19,979 nt of DNA. Source: Flavobacteriales bacterium (GTDB taxonomy: Bacteria > Bacteroidota > Bacteroidia > Palsa-965). Below are positions 9,222-17,212 of the stretch, one piece after another. Location: positions 1 to 19,979 of the forward strand of contig JBEIPA010000049.1 in assembly GCA_040377305.1 (NCBI GenBank), in the 5' to 3' direction. Positions within the stretch are counted from its first letter, which is position 1. Each line of letters begins with the position of its first letter. The translations under genes and the position numbers were made by a program. The notes under the pieces are model-generated. The model had not been told where the DNA came from and did no database searches. It saw nothing but the letters and a program-made list of their open reading frames with translations.

Positions 9222-12200
9222 TTCACAGCTTGTTTTTTCAGGTGAATGATGAAGTGTGTTCCTTCATTCGGAGTGCTTTCTACTTTGATTGATCCTTCCA
9301 GCGCTTCAACCTGGGTCTTTACCATAAACAATCCCATTCCTTTGCCTTCAGCAGCGAGGTGGAAACGCTTGTAGAGTCCGAACATATACTCTCCGTGTTT
9401 GTTCAGATCAATTCCAATTCCTTTGTCTTTAAAATGCAGGACCACGTGCGTCGGTGTTAGCTCGCTCCAGATTTCGAGCTCAGGAACTGATGCCGGCTTG
9501 GCATATTTCACTGCGTTGGTGATCATGTTGTAAAACACATTCTGTAAATAGGATTTTAAACCGTAGACAGTTGGTGCGGCTGTAAAGTTTTGCGAGAATG
9601 AGCAGCCATTTACATCGATTGCCGCTGCAGCCATTTGTTTCGCGGTTTCAAATATTTCATCCAGATTTACATCAATACGTTGCTCTGTGTTGTTTTTGCG
9701 GAGCGACAATATATCATTCATGTCAAACAATACGGCATCAAGATTGTTCGCCGATTTCTGGATACCCTGAATCGCATTCAGTTTTACCTCAGGTGTATAT
9801 ATCTCGCTGGTTACCATGTTCGACAAACCAAGAATGGTAGCCAATGGTCCCCGAACATTATGTGAAATGATATATGAAAACTGTTCGAGATCACGATTCC
9901 GTTTTGTAAGATCTTCGATGATCGCTAATCGTTCCTCATGCAGTTTTTGCCGTTCGAGTTCTGATCGTTTACGCGAAGTAACTTCTATCCCGGTATAGCA
10001 AAGTCCGATTACTTTCCCATCGGTTATTACCGGTGCGTATGTCGACTCGTAATAGTTCATACTGCCATCGGGATTCGGATACGATGTTTCTGATAATACA
10101 ACTTTACCACTTGCCAGCGCGCGATTACAAAGGTCACGGATCGTTTCTCGTCTTTCGGGAAGTACGGAGTTGATAAAGTTGTCTCCGTTTTTCAGTTGGA
10201 ATCCGGTTTGTTTGAAATAACCATCCCGGAAATATTCATTCGCAGCTAAAACATTAAGTCGCGTATCCAGCAGCATGTACCCGATTTTGGAAGTATTGAA
10301 AACGGTTTTCAGATTCGCTTCTGACTTGACAAGATCGTTAAAAGCATTTTTCTTATCAGTGATGTTGACCATAGTTCCGATGATCGCGGGTTTTCCCTGA
10401 TACATTGTCGTGCTGCCGAACATTTCGAGCCAAAGCATAGTGCCGCTTTTCGTGAAGGCACGTACGTCATAGCGCACCCCTTCTACTTCGCCACTGATTC
10501 TGGTGCGGATATTTTCTTTTACGCGTTTAACGTCATCCGGATGTACGAATCGCTCGACCGGCATGTGCGCCAATTCCGTTTCGGAGTATTCGGATTGTTC
10601 TATGATCTTCGGGTTGACGTACGCGAACCGGTTGTTCTGAATGATGTAAACACCTACCATCGATTTCTCGACGAGGTTGCGGAACTTCATGTCGGATTCC
10701 AGTTTATCCGTTATGTTTTCCACCTGTCCTACGAAGTAGAGTGGAACACCACCGTCGCGAATCAAGGCCACATTTAGTTTGATCCAGACATGTGTGCCGT
10801 CTTTATGCAGGTACCGTTTTTCTTTACGGTAATAGTCAACCTCACCCGACATGGCGCGCTGAATATCTTCACGATCGCTTAGAAGATCGTCGGGATGTGA
10901 AAAGTCTGCAACAGCGCGACCGATCAATTCGTCGGCTGTGTAGCCAATCATATCGCACAAAGCTCGATTGACTGAAATCCATCTTCCTTCCAGAGATACC
11001 AACGCCATTCCGATTGCGGCGTGTTCAAATCCCGCCGTAAACCGTGCTTCAGAGCGCTGGCGCGATTCCTCTTCTATTCGCTTGTCAACGTATGCTTTGA
11101 ATCTGCTGGCGATTGTTTGCAACAACTCCCGTTCTTCATTCAGGAACGGGTCACCATCCGTTTCCTGAATACCTTGAACGTACACAATCTCAAACTCACC
11201 GGACTTGCCATCCGAGGTGGAGAACGATGCGCGCTGCGAAATATCAGATGGAGAATAATTTGCCGATTTGATTGAAAGACCATCATAACTGATTTTTGCA
11301 GCAGCGAATTCCTGATGTTGCCAACCAGCAGGAAGTACATCAACAATACGTTGTGCGATTACAGCAATTTCAGAATCCTCGTCTTGCAGGATAGTGCTGA
11401 TCGTGTAAATTGTAGTTAGTTCTTTTACTCGTTCAATTAATTCCTGTTCTTTCTTCGAAATGACTTTGCCCAACACAGAGTTCCGGTTGGCTATTCTGAA
11501 TACAAGAATAAAGGCGAGCGCGCCAATGACGAGTCCGGCGAGCATGGGGAATAAGGGCAATTCTTTCGGAGAATATCCTTCAGAATATGCAACACGTAGA
11601 ATCCAATCGCCTTCAGGAATTTCTATCTCCGCGGAAGGACTCTCCATGGATGGTCGCGTAACAGAAAGAAAATAGCGTGAAGTATCCAGACCTGGTGTTT
11701 TTTTGATCAGTTCATACGCAAACAAGTTCAGGTTGTCTGACCTGTTCATATTTTGTTGAATCAGATCAATCTTCGTGAGCACAACGATCAGTCCTTTCGC
11801 AGTATCATCCACGATTACCGGAACCTTGCCAAGTATTCCGGTTCCGCCTCCCCGCAACGGTCGGGGTCCCGCAAAAAATATTTCTTTTTTTTCTGTAGCG
11901 CGTTCGTATTCCGGTCCACGTAGTGAATCATTCCGAAGATTCATTCCAATCGTGTTCTCGTAGCCTGTCAAAGGATATACGTTCGTGATAATTCCATCGA
12001 CGGTAAGTTGAACCACTTGTGCATATTCACTCTGACTCAAGACTGCACTTGCAATACTATCGAAGTTGTTCTGAAATCCGTATTCCCGATAAATTACGGC
12101 CATGGAATTTGCGACGGTAATATCTGAGTAGAGAATATCCCTTAAGTGATCCTTCGCGTGTGCAAGTTCTGTTGCAAGCTGTTCCCGGTCTTCCTGTTCC

Positions 12201-12310
12201 GCCCGTTTTTGTTGTTCCTGCGCAACGTAAACGGTGAGGCTGACCACAACAATAAACGTTAGTCCGGCCAGTGTGCCTGGCGAAAAAAGGATGGAATTCT
12301 TAAAGCTCAC
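9218..12310 (-). CDS. Membrane sensor histidine kinase: TM-CHASE-like-TM, GAF-like segment, three PAS domains, HisKA, HATPase_c
   Basis: Two TM segments flank a CHASE-like region (VYPLTGYENTIG.NL, FAGP..L.GGG.G). PAS motifs VNRALCDMIGY..HPDD, VNPKI..HPDD and AANEYF. H-box FSYIISHNVRGPL, N-box NMITNAVKY, DKGIGID, GKGMGL. GTG start. Confidence 0.93.
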   Translation of the reverse strand: MSFKNSILFSPGTLAGLTFIVVVSLTVYVAQEQQKRAEQEDREQLATELAHAKDHLRDILYSDITVANSMAVIYREYGFQNNFDSIASAVLSQSEYAQVVQLTVDGIITNVYPLTGYENTIGMNLRNDSLRGPEYERATEKKEIFFAGPRPLRGGGTGILGKVPVIVDDTAKGLIVVLTKIDLIQQNMNRSDNLNLFAYELIKKTPGLDTSRYFLSVTRPSMESPSAEIEIPEGDWILRVAYSEGYSPKELPLFPMLAGLVIGALAFILVFRIANRNSVLGKVISKKEQELIERVKELTTIYTISTILQDEDSEIAVIAQRIVDVLPAGWQHQEFAAAKISYDGLSIKSANYSPSDISQRASFSTSDGKSGEFEIVYVQGIQETDGDPFLNEERELLQTIASRFKAYVDKRIEEESRQRSEARFTAGFEHAAIGMALVSLEGRWISVNRALCDMIGYTADELIGRAVADFSHPDDLLSDREDIQRAMSGEVDYYRKEKRYLHKDGTHVWIKLNVALIRDGGVPLYFVGQVENITDKLESDMKFRNLVEKSMVGVYIIQNNRFAYVNPKIIEQSEYSETELAHMPVERFVHPDDVKRVKENIRTRISGEVEGVRYDVRAFTKSGTMLWLEMFGSTTMYQGKPAIIGTMVNITDKKNAFNDLVKSEANLKTVFNTSKIGYMLLDTRLNVLAANEYFRDGYFKQTGFQLKNGDNFINSVLPERRETIRDLCNRALASGKVVLSETSYPNPDGSMNYYESTYAPVITDGKVIGLCYTGIEVTSRKRSELERQKLHEERLAIIEDLTKRNRDLEQFSYIISHNVRGPLATILGLSNMVTSEIYTPEVKLNAIQGIQKSANNLDAVLFDMNDILSLRKNNTEQRIDVNLDEIFETAKQMAAAAIDVNGCSFSQNFTAAPTVYGLKSYLQNVFYNMITNAVKYAKPASVPELEIWSELTPTHVVLHFKDKGIGIDLNKHGEYMFGLYKRFHLAAEGKGMGLFMVKTQVEALEGSIKVESTPNEGTHFIIHLKKQAVN

Positions 12311-12460
12311 TAACGGAGTTTCAACGGGGTTAGCAAGTAAATATAGTGAAACTGTCGTGCGGAAGAAAGGCAGATGTCAGATAGAACATAGACCGGGCAG
12401 ACAACAATTATTGGGCGGATTGGACGGGAATTATGGGAAAGTCACAGTCCGGTATCTCTC

Positions 12461-12503
12461 AAATAAAAGTGCCGATGTACCGAACTCAATCGGCATATCG
12501 GCA
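12461..12503 (-). terminator. Intrinsic terminator downstream of the TerB-like gene
   Basis: On the minus strand TGCCGATATGCCGA-ttgagt-TCGGTACATCGGCA is followed by CTTTTATTT. Confidence 0.7.
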
Positions 12504-12525
12504 TTATGAAAATCAGCAGAGTGAA

Positions 12526-12888
12526 TTACTCAAACTCCGGTGCCCACGCAGAATACAACGCGTTGAGAAATGTATTTTCTTCCTTCGTAATTACGTCATC
12601 CGCTTTCACCAGTTTCACAGCGAAATTCAGAAAATCATCGCGCTCATCGGGCGTAGAATCTTCGTAGAAATCGTTCATGGCTTTTGTGAAGTGTTCCATG
12701 TAATTTTCACGCGGGAGAGTGGAAAGGAATTGAACTTCTTCGTCGAGGTTTACATGAAACGGAAAATTTTCTTCGAGGTAACGAACGATAATTTTTCCTT
12801 CCGATTCCGGAAATTCGCCATCTACTTCGCTCAGCATGAGTAGCAGATGATATCCAGCCAGTGGCTTGTTGAGTTTACGCGTTGTCAT
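12526..12888 (-). CDS. TerB-like (tellurite-resistance TerB fold) protein
   Basis: Likely start is MTTRKLNK at 12888, with -7 box TAATTTTG at 12897-12904. LMLSEVDGEF..SE and LVKADDVITKEE..FL are the twin (A/V)DG/D...E motifs of TerB; 120 aa. Confidence 0.8.
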   Translation of the reverse strand: MTTRKLNKPLAGYHLLLMLSEVDGEFPESEGKIIVRYLEENFPFHVNLDEEVQFLSTLPRENYMEHFTKAMNDFYEDSTPDERDDFLNFAVKLVKADDVITKEENTFLNALYSAWAPEFE

Positions 12889-12960
12889 CACAGACGCAAA
12901 ATTAGCAGAGGAAAGTGTTATACGTGTAAGAGTCGTGTCGGATGGGTGAAATATTGTGGC

Positions 12961-12995
12961 AAAAAATGAAAAGAGCAGCAATTCTGCTGCTCTTT
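12961..12995 (-). terminator. Intrinsic terminator of the tRNA unit
   Basis: 11-bp stem AAAGAGCAGCA/TGCTGCTCTTT (12970-12995) followed by a T-rich tract on the minus strand. Confidence 0.8.
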
Positions 12996-13039
12996 GTACC
13001 CGGGACGGGACTTGCCTTTAGCGAGTCCCTCTTGTGTCT
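12996..13039 (-). pseudogene. Partial, degenerate copy of tRNA-Leu (3' 19 bp exact, plus D-arm/anticodon-stem remnant)
   Basis: GTACCCGGGACGGGACTTG at 12996-13014 is identical to 13175-13193. AGTCCCTC(TT)GTGTCT at 13024-13039 matches tRNA bases 13226-13239 with a 2-bp insertion. Confidence 0.8.
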
Positions 13040-13046
13040 TCGTCAA

Positions 13047-13169
13047 AATGGAAAGGTCAAATCGCAGGGCGATTTACCTTTTGTATTTGCACCCGATTAC
13101 TTGCGCAAGCGCAGCATTCCGGTGCAAATACAAAAGGGGATTCAGCTAAAGCTTCATCCCCTTTCCATT
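13047..13169. mobile_element. Nested-palindrome non-coding element (REPIN/MITE-like) between tRNA-Leu and its partial copy
   Basis: 10-bp terminal IR (13047-13056/13160-13169), 17-bp central IR (13077-13093/13121-13137) and two flanking hairpins (13052-13081, 13133-13164). Mobility is inferred, not shown. Confidence 0.6.
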
Positions 13170-13175
13170 CATAAG

Positions 13176-13258
13176 TACCCGGGACGGGACTTGAACCCGT
13201 ACAGCGTTACCGCCAAGGGATTTTAAGTCCCTCGTGTCTACCATTCCACCACCCAGGC
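13176..13258 (-). tRNA. tRNA-Leu (anticodon TAA)
   Basis: GCCTGGG/CCCGGGT acceptor stem, D-arm GGTGGAATGGTAGACAC, anticodon arm AGGGA-CTTAAAA-TCCCT, long variable arm and T-loop GGTTCAAGTCC; CCA not encoded. Confidence 0.97.
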
Positions 13259-13272
13259 AATGTCATGTGAAC

Positions 13273-13297
13273 AAAAAAAAACCTCTCCGAGGAGAGG
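13273..13297 (-). terminator. Terminator-like hairpin between tRNA-Gly and tRNA-Leu
   Basis: On the minus strand CCTCTCC-TC-GGAGAGG is followed by T9. Confidence 0.5.
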
Positions 13298-13306
13298 AAA
13301 AAAATG

Positions 13307-13379
13307 AGCGGAAGACCGGTCTCGAACCGGCGACCTTAACCTTGGCAAGGTTACGCTCTACCAACTGAGCTACTTCCGC
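13307..13379 (-). tRNA. tRNA-Gly (anticodon GCC)
   Basis: GCGGAAG/CTTCCGC acceptor stem, D-arm GCTCAGTTGGTAGAGC, anticodon arm AACC-TTGCCAA-GGTT, T-arm GCCGGTTCGAGACCGGT; 73 nt. Confidence 0.98.
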
Positions 13380-13402
13380 TATTATTCAAATCAATCGTCG
13401 GA

Positions 13403-13448
13403 TTACGCTCTACCTCTCGATAACTATCGGGATGAGCTACTTCCGCTA
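13403..13448 (-). pseudogene. 5' fragment copy of tRNA-Gly with an 18-bp palindrome in the D-loop
   Basis: 13403-13414 equals 13351-13362 and 13433-13448 equals 13366-13381. The intervening AAC is replaced by TCTCGATAACTATCGGGA (13415-13432). Confidence 0.85.
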
Positions 13449-13472
13449 AAAAGAACGTTTTCTTTGGGACGA

Positions 13473-13480
13473 CAAAAATA
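13473..13480 (-). promoter_or_regulatory. -7 promoter element (TATTTTTG) of the tRNA unit, followed by a boxA-like GTTCTTT leader
   Basis: TAnnTTTG match on the minus strand; GTTCTTT at 13450-13456 lies just before the tRNA-Gly fragment. Confidence 0.65.
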
Positions 13481-13642
13481 CGACTCGTGACCACTTCTCA
13501 AAGGATTTAATCATGATTTTCTGCATTTTTCGAAGAAATTTCTTCAAAACACAGTATTAAGCGTGACTATTCGGGTATTCGACGTTATAGTTGAGCGGTA
13601 TAAGGCCTTCTACCACATTTAGATGCGTAATTTTAACTGAGC

Positions 13643-15172
13643 ATGAAGAACATAAGTTTACTTATTTGGGTTCTGTTTATTACAATTCATTGTAATTCTC
13701 TGAATGCGCAGAGCAGTACCATTGCAGCATTTGGCGACGATCAGATTGCAGGCAGTAATCATATCAGGCTAAGTGATGGTAGTGTTCTTATAGGTAGTGT
13801 CTGGATATGCGATACGTTTATGCTTTTCACCAAGGTGGACGAAAATCAGAGTGCAGTGTGGTCCACTAAAATCAGGACCCCATCGTGGTATACGGGAGTG
13901 TTGGATCCAGTGGTACTTCACGAATTGTCCGACGGAAGTGTAGTGGCTCTTCTCACAGGCACAGCTCTTATCGTCAGAATTTCTCAGAGCGGAACAATTA
14001 TCTGGAGAAGAGAAATGAAAGACACAACCATCACAGCAGTCGGTTACAACAACTTTGGTTGGGATATGACGGTCCTTCCGGGAGACCGCATTGTCGTTTG
14101 CGGCATTACTCAACCTGCAACGGTATGGGCGCAACGTGGATGGATTGAGAATCTTGACATTGATGGCAATCTCGTTTCGTCGCGCGCGTATGATTCAGGA
14201 AGTTTTGATTGTTTCTATAATATTACAGCTAGCGGTGACGGTGGTTATACGGTTATTGGCGACGCGCTTTCGGATAATGCTTGTGTTCTGCATCATTTTG
14301 ATTCTGCCGGAACAATTGTGTGGAGCAGGTATCACACCAAAAGTCAATTTCCCTTCATGAGATATGGAAAGTTGATTTGCACCAGCGATAACGGTTACCT
14401 GATGGTTGGTGATACGGCCTATTTTACAAATGGTGTTGTGATAAAATTCGACAGCACCGGTGGATACGAATGGTCGCAATCATATACCGGACCGTCAACA
14501 GTTGAAATGTTCACGGATGTGGTGGAAGATTCTCAGGGATTTGTAATCACAGGAGTAACCCAGTGGCATGGACTGTTACTTTGTGTTGATAAACAGAATG
14601 GAAGTATTGTATGGAAGACGACTGTCGCATCAGGGTTCTTTAATTCAATCGAACTTAATGCGGGTGGTCTGGTCGCTTGCGGTTCGTCGGATATTATTAC
14701 CGGATTTGGCTCCGATGCCCATCTGTATTACTTCAGTGTGAATGGAAATCTGAATTGTTTCTCGACGAATATGCCCTTAACAGCGACTGTGGCAAATCCT
14801 TTCGTGGCCACCACAGGATCAACCCTTGTGTTGGGTGGAGATACATGTATGACTGTTCAATCTGTTGGTGCATTACATCCGTTAACGTTGGAATATACCG
14901 GATGTCCTGTTGGCATTGATGAGCATAAGGAAGTTGAAGTGTCGGTATTCCCAAATCCATCAGCTGGAATATTTAGTGTGTCGTGCTCCGAGCCGAACTG
15001 CATGGCATTCATCTACAATTCCTCAGGAGCATTAGTCCGGGAAATTGAAATGGAAGTTGGAGAAATTAAAATCGATCTATCTGACGAAGCCGATGGATTT
15101 TATTTTCTTCGTTTGATGAGCGGAGACCGCGAAATCGGAGAACAGAAACTCGTGGTCAAGAACATTGAATAG
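13643..15172 (+). CDS. Secreted beta-propeller-like repeat protein with T9SS type A sorting domain
   Basis: Signal peptide ending LNA-Q; repeated D..G...W.. blade-like motifs (DSAGTIVWSRY, SDNGYLMVG, DSTGGYEWSQSY); CTD VFPNPSAGIF...GFYFLRL...KLVV. Confidence 0.88.
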   Translation: MKNISLLIWVLFITIHCNSLNAQSSTIAAFGDDQIAGSNHIRLSDGSVLIGSVWICDTFMLFTKVDENQSAVWSTKIRTPSWYTGVLDPVVLHELSDGSVVALLTGTALIVRISQSGTIIWRREMKDTTITAVGYNNFGWDMTVLPGDRIVVCGITQPATVWAQRGWIENLDIDGNLVSSRAYDSGSFDCFYNITASGDGGYTVIGDALSDNACVLHHFDSAGTIVWSRYHTKSQFPFMRYGKLICTSDNGYLMVGDTAYFTNGVVIKFDSTGGYEWSQSYTGPSTVEMFTDVVEDSQGFVITGVTQWHGLLLCVDKQNGSIVWKTTVASGFFNSIELNAGGLVACGSSDIITGFGSDAHLYYFSVNGNLNCFSTNMPLTATVANPFVATTGSTLVLGGDTCMTVQSVGALHPLTLEYTGCPVGIDEHKEVEVSVFPNPSAGIFSVSCSEPNCMAFIYNSSGALVREIEMEVGEIKIDLSDEADGFYFLRLMSGDREIGEQKLVVKNIE

Positions 15173-15398
15173 AACGGGAATCAGCTTCAAGCCTTTAAAT
15201 CGCCACTGCCTGGCTCACTGAATGAAGTTTAGGTATCGTCGCCACTGTTCTTCTTAATATTCCCATCATTGTGTACAGTTGAATTGGAATTGATCGTTGG
15301 CGATGCTTTGGCATTTAACCTTCATGAATGAAATACAATTTTATTTTTGAGTAGGGCCGACCCTTTCGAACCGACCCGATTAACCCAAACCAAAAGTT

Positions 15399-17132
15399 TT
15401 AATTCTGATCAATAAATTGAACACGCTTCGTACTGCTTCCGGTTGCGCTTGAAATCCTGATCATGTACGTTCCTGATTCAACAGTAGGTGTAAGTGTCAC
15501 CTGTGTATTGCCACCGCTACAGATCTGTTGAAGAACAACTCTTCCGCTCAAATCAATCATCTCGATCAAAACATTCTCTTCGGGTGATTGATCAAATCCG
15601 ATGATGAACTGATCTGAAGACGGATTTGGATAAATCGTGTAATCAACTCCGGAATAGTTTTCCATTACTGACGTCAGCGTGTCAATCACGATAAACGACG
15701 CCATCATTCCATCATCCTCATGATGCAGCAAATGACAGTGGTACATGTAGGGAACAGAAGCATCAGCGAAGTCCGAGAAAGTTGTAATGAACCTCACCGT
15801 GTCTTCTGCCGGAACAAGTACTACATCTTTCCACCCTTGTTGATTTGCAGGAACAGGTCCGCCATTAATATCTACGATTTGAAATTGTATGTCGTGAATA
15901 TGAAACGGATGTGACACTTGCGTCAGATTAATCAGAGTCCAGATCTCCGTGTCGTTGAGATACACAGTCTGGTTGATAGAATCCATGTGGAAAAATTCAC
16001 GATCAAATGCGAATGGTCCTTCTGCAAGATTCGGTTGTGTGAACTGTTCAGAGAGCGTATCGAACACAATCGTGCGGTTCACTGTTGCAGATGCAATGTT
16101 GATTTGTGGAACAGGCACCAGCGCTGTAGGAATGCTTGTCACCGGATTGGCTGTTTGTGCTCCAACGATAATCATGAGCAGATTGAAGTCGGCCCCATTC
16201 AAATAATTGCTGTAATAATCGGGCATTTGATTATTCGCATCGCCTACCGAATCAGCGCCCATAATTCCATGTGCAAGTTCAGAACCGTAATTCATCAGGT
16301 AAACGGTGTCGCCTTGCATTCCGGAAAGATCAATCAAGACTTCAGCGCGCTCTCCGTTAGACAAACGAAGACGATTCATTGCAAGTGCAGTGTCGATCAA
16401 ACCGCCATCTGTTGCAATCTGGTAGAACGGCATGTTGTTGGAAAATCCAAACATGAAGCTGCGATCAGATGCACCATCGAGCAAACGTAATCGCACAACT
16501 TGCGCAGGCATGGTTACATAAGGATCGATGGTTCCATTGACCATTGGCACGGTGTCGTAAGCTGTGGAAATCGCAATCTGGTTGAGTATATCGAAACTTT
16601 TCGTCTGAACGATCAATGGGAAATCATCAACACCATACGTGCGCGGTAAATTCAAAGCACGTTCAGCACTGTCGCGTATGATGATCAGTCCAGCCAATCC
16701 TCTGGACACATGCAGATCAGTCTTGCCTTCACCATGCGGATGATACCAATACGTTCCTGCATTGTTCAGAATCTGAAATGAAGGACTCCATGTTGTATTC
16801 TGCAGGATGAGTTGATGCGGACCACCATCATCCATCGCAGGCAGATGCAATCCGTGCCAATGCATAGTGGTGGAATTGCCGTTACCCGTAAGCGTATTGT
16901 TTACGTTCATCGTCACCCAATCCCATTTGTTTACGAATAGCGTTGGCGACAGGAATGCACCGTTGATTCCGTAAGTTGGTGTGTTAGACGGTGGAAAAAA
17001 CTGCGTTGTTCCGTTCTGGACGGTTAGGTTGAAATTCGTTCCGTTGAGTGTATCGGGAATGAACAAGGGATTCTGCGCATGTACAAACTGCACAGCAAAC
17101 AGAGTCAAAAGGAATATACAGCGTGTGATCAT
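15399..17132 (-). CDS. Multicopper oxidase (CueO/laccase-like, three-domain) with T9SS type A sorting domain
   Basis: All four copper motifs are present: HWHG, WYHPH, HPFHIH and HCHLLHHEDDGMM. Signal peptide VHA-Q; CTD IYPNPS...GTYMIRI. Confidence 0.96.
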   Translation of the reverse strand: MITRCIFLLTLFAVQFVHAQNPLFIPDTLNGTNFNLTVQNGTTQFFPPSNTPTYGINGAFLSPTLFVNKWDWVTMNVNNTLTGNGNSTTMHWHGLHLPAMDDGGPHQLILQNTTWSPSFQILNNAGTYWYHPHGEGKTDLHVSRGLAGLIIIRDSAERALNLPRTYGVDDFPLIVQTKSFDILNQIAISTAYDTVPMVNGTIDPYVTMPAQVVRLRLLDGASDRSFMFGFSNNMPFYQIATDGGLIDTALAMNRLRLSNGERAEVLIDLSGMQGDTVYLMNYGSELAHGIMGADSVGDANNQMPDYYSNYLNGADFNLLMIIVGAQTANPVTSIPTALVPVPQINIASATVNRTIVFDTLSEQFTQPNLAEGPFAFDREFFHMDSINQTVYLNDTEIWTLINLTQVSHPFHIHDIQFQIVDINGGPVPANQQGWKDVVLVPAEDTVRFITTFSDFADASVPYMYHCHLLHHEDDGMMASFIVIDTLTSVMENYSGVDYTIYPNPSSDQFIIGFDQSPEENVLIEMIDLSGRVVLQQICSGGNTQVTLTPTVESGTYMIRISSATGSSTKRVQFIDQN

Positions 17133-17147
17133 ATTTCTAAAATTGAA

Positions 17148-17189
17148 GTGCCGCTAAGAATTGTGAGCGGCACAAGCTTAGCGGCACAA
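17148..17189. promoter_or_regulatory. Intergenic hairpin with a duplicated arm (alternative pairing possible)
   Basis: GTGCCGCTAAG (17148-17158) is complementary to CTTAGCGGCAC (17177-17187) and partly to AGCGGCAC (17166-17173). Confidence 0.5.
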
Positions 17190-17212
17190 CTGGTGCACAA
17201 TAAAAACTTAAA

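Noticed and set aside
12889-12981. N-terminal 31-aa extension of the TerB-like ORF
   Set aside because: It spans the tRNA terminator and the TAATTTTG promoter box; ATG 12888 is the more plausible start.
12996-13193. Intact prophage or integrative element at tRNA-Leu
   Set aside because: Only 160 bp lie between the direct repeats and there is no integrase or cargo gene.
12942-13226. 94-aa plus-strand ORF over the palindromic element
   Set aside because: It overlaps tRNA-Leu and the terminator antisense, and has no protein-like motifs.
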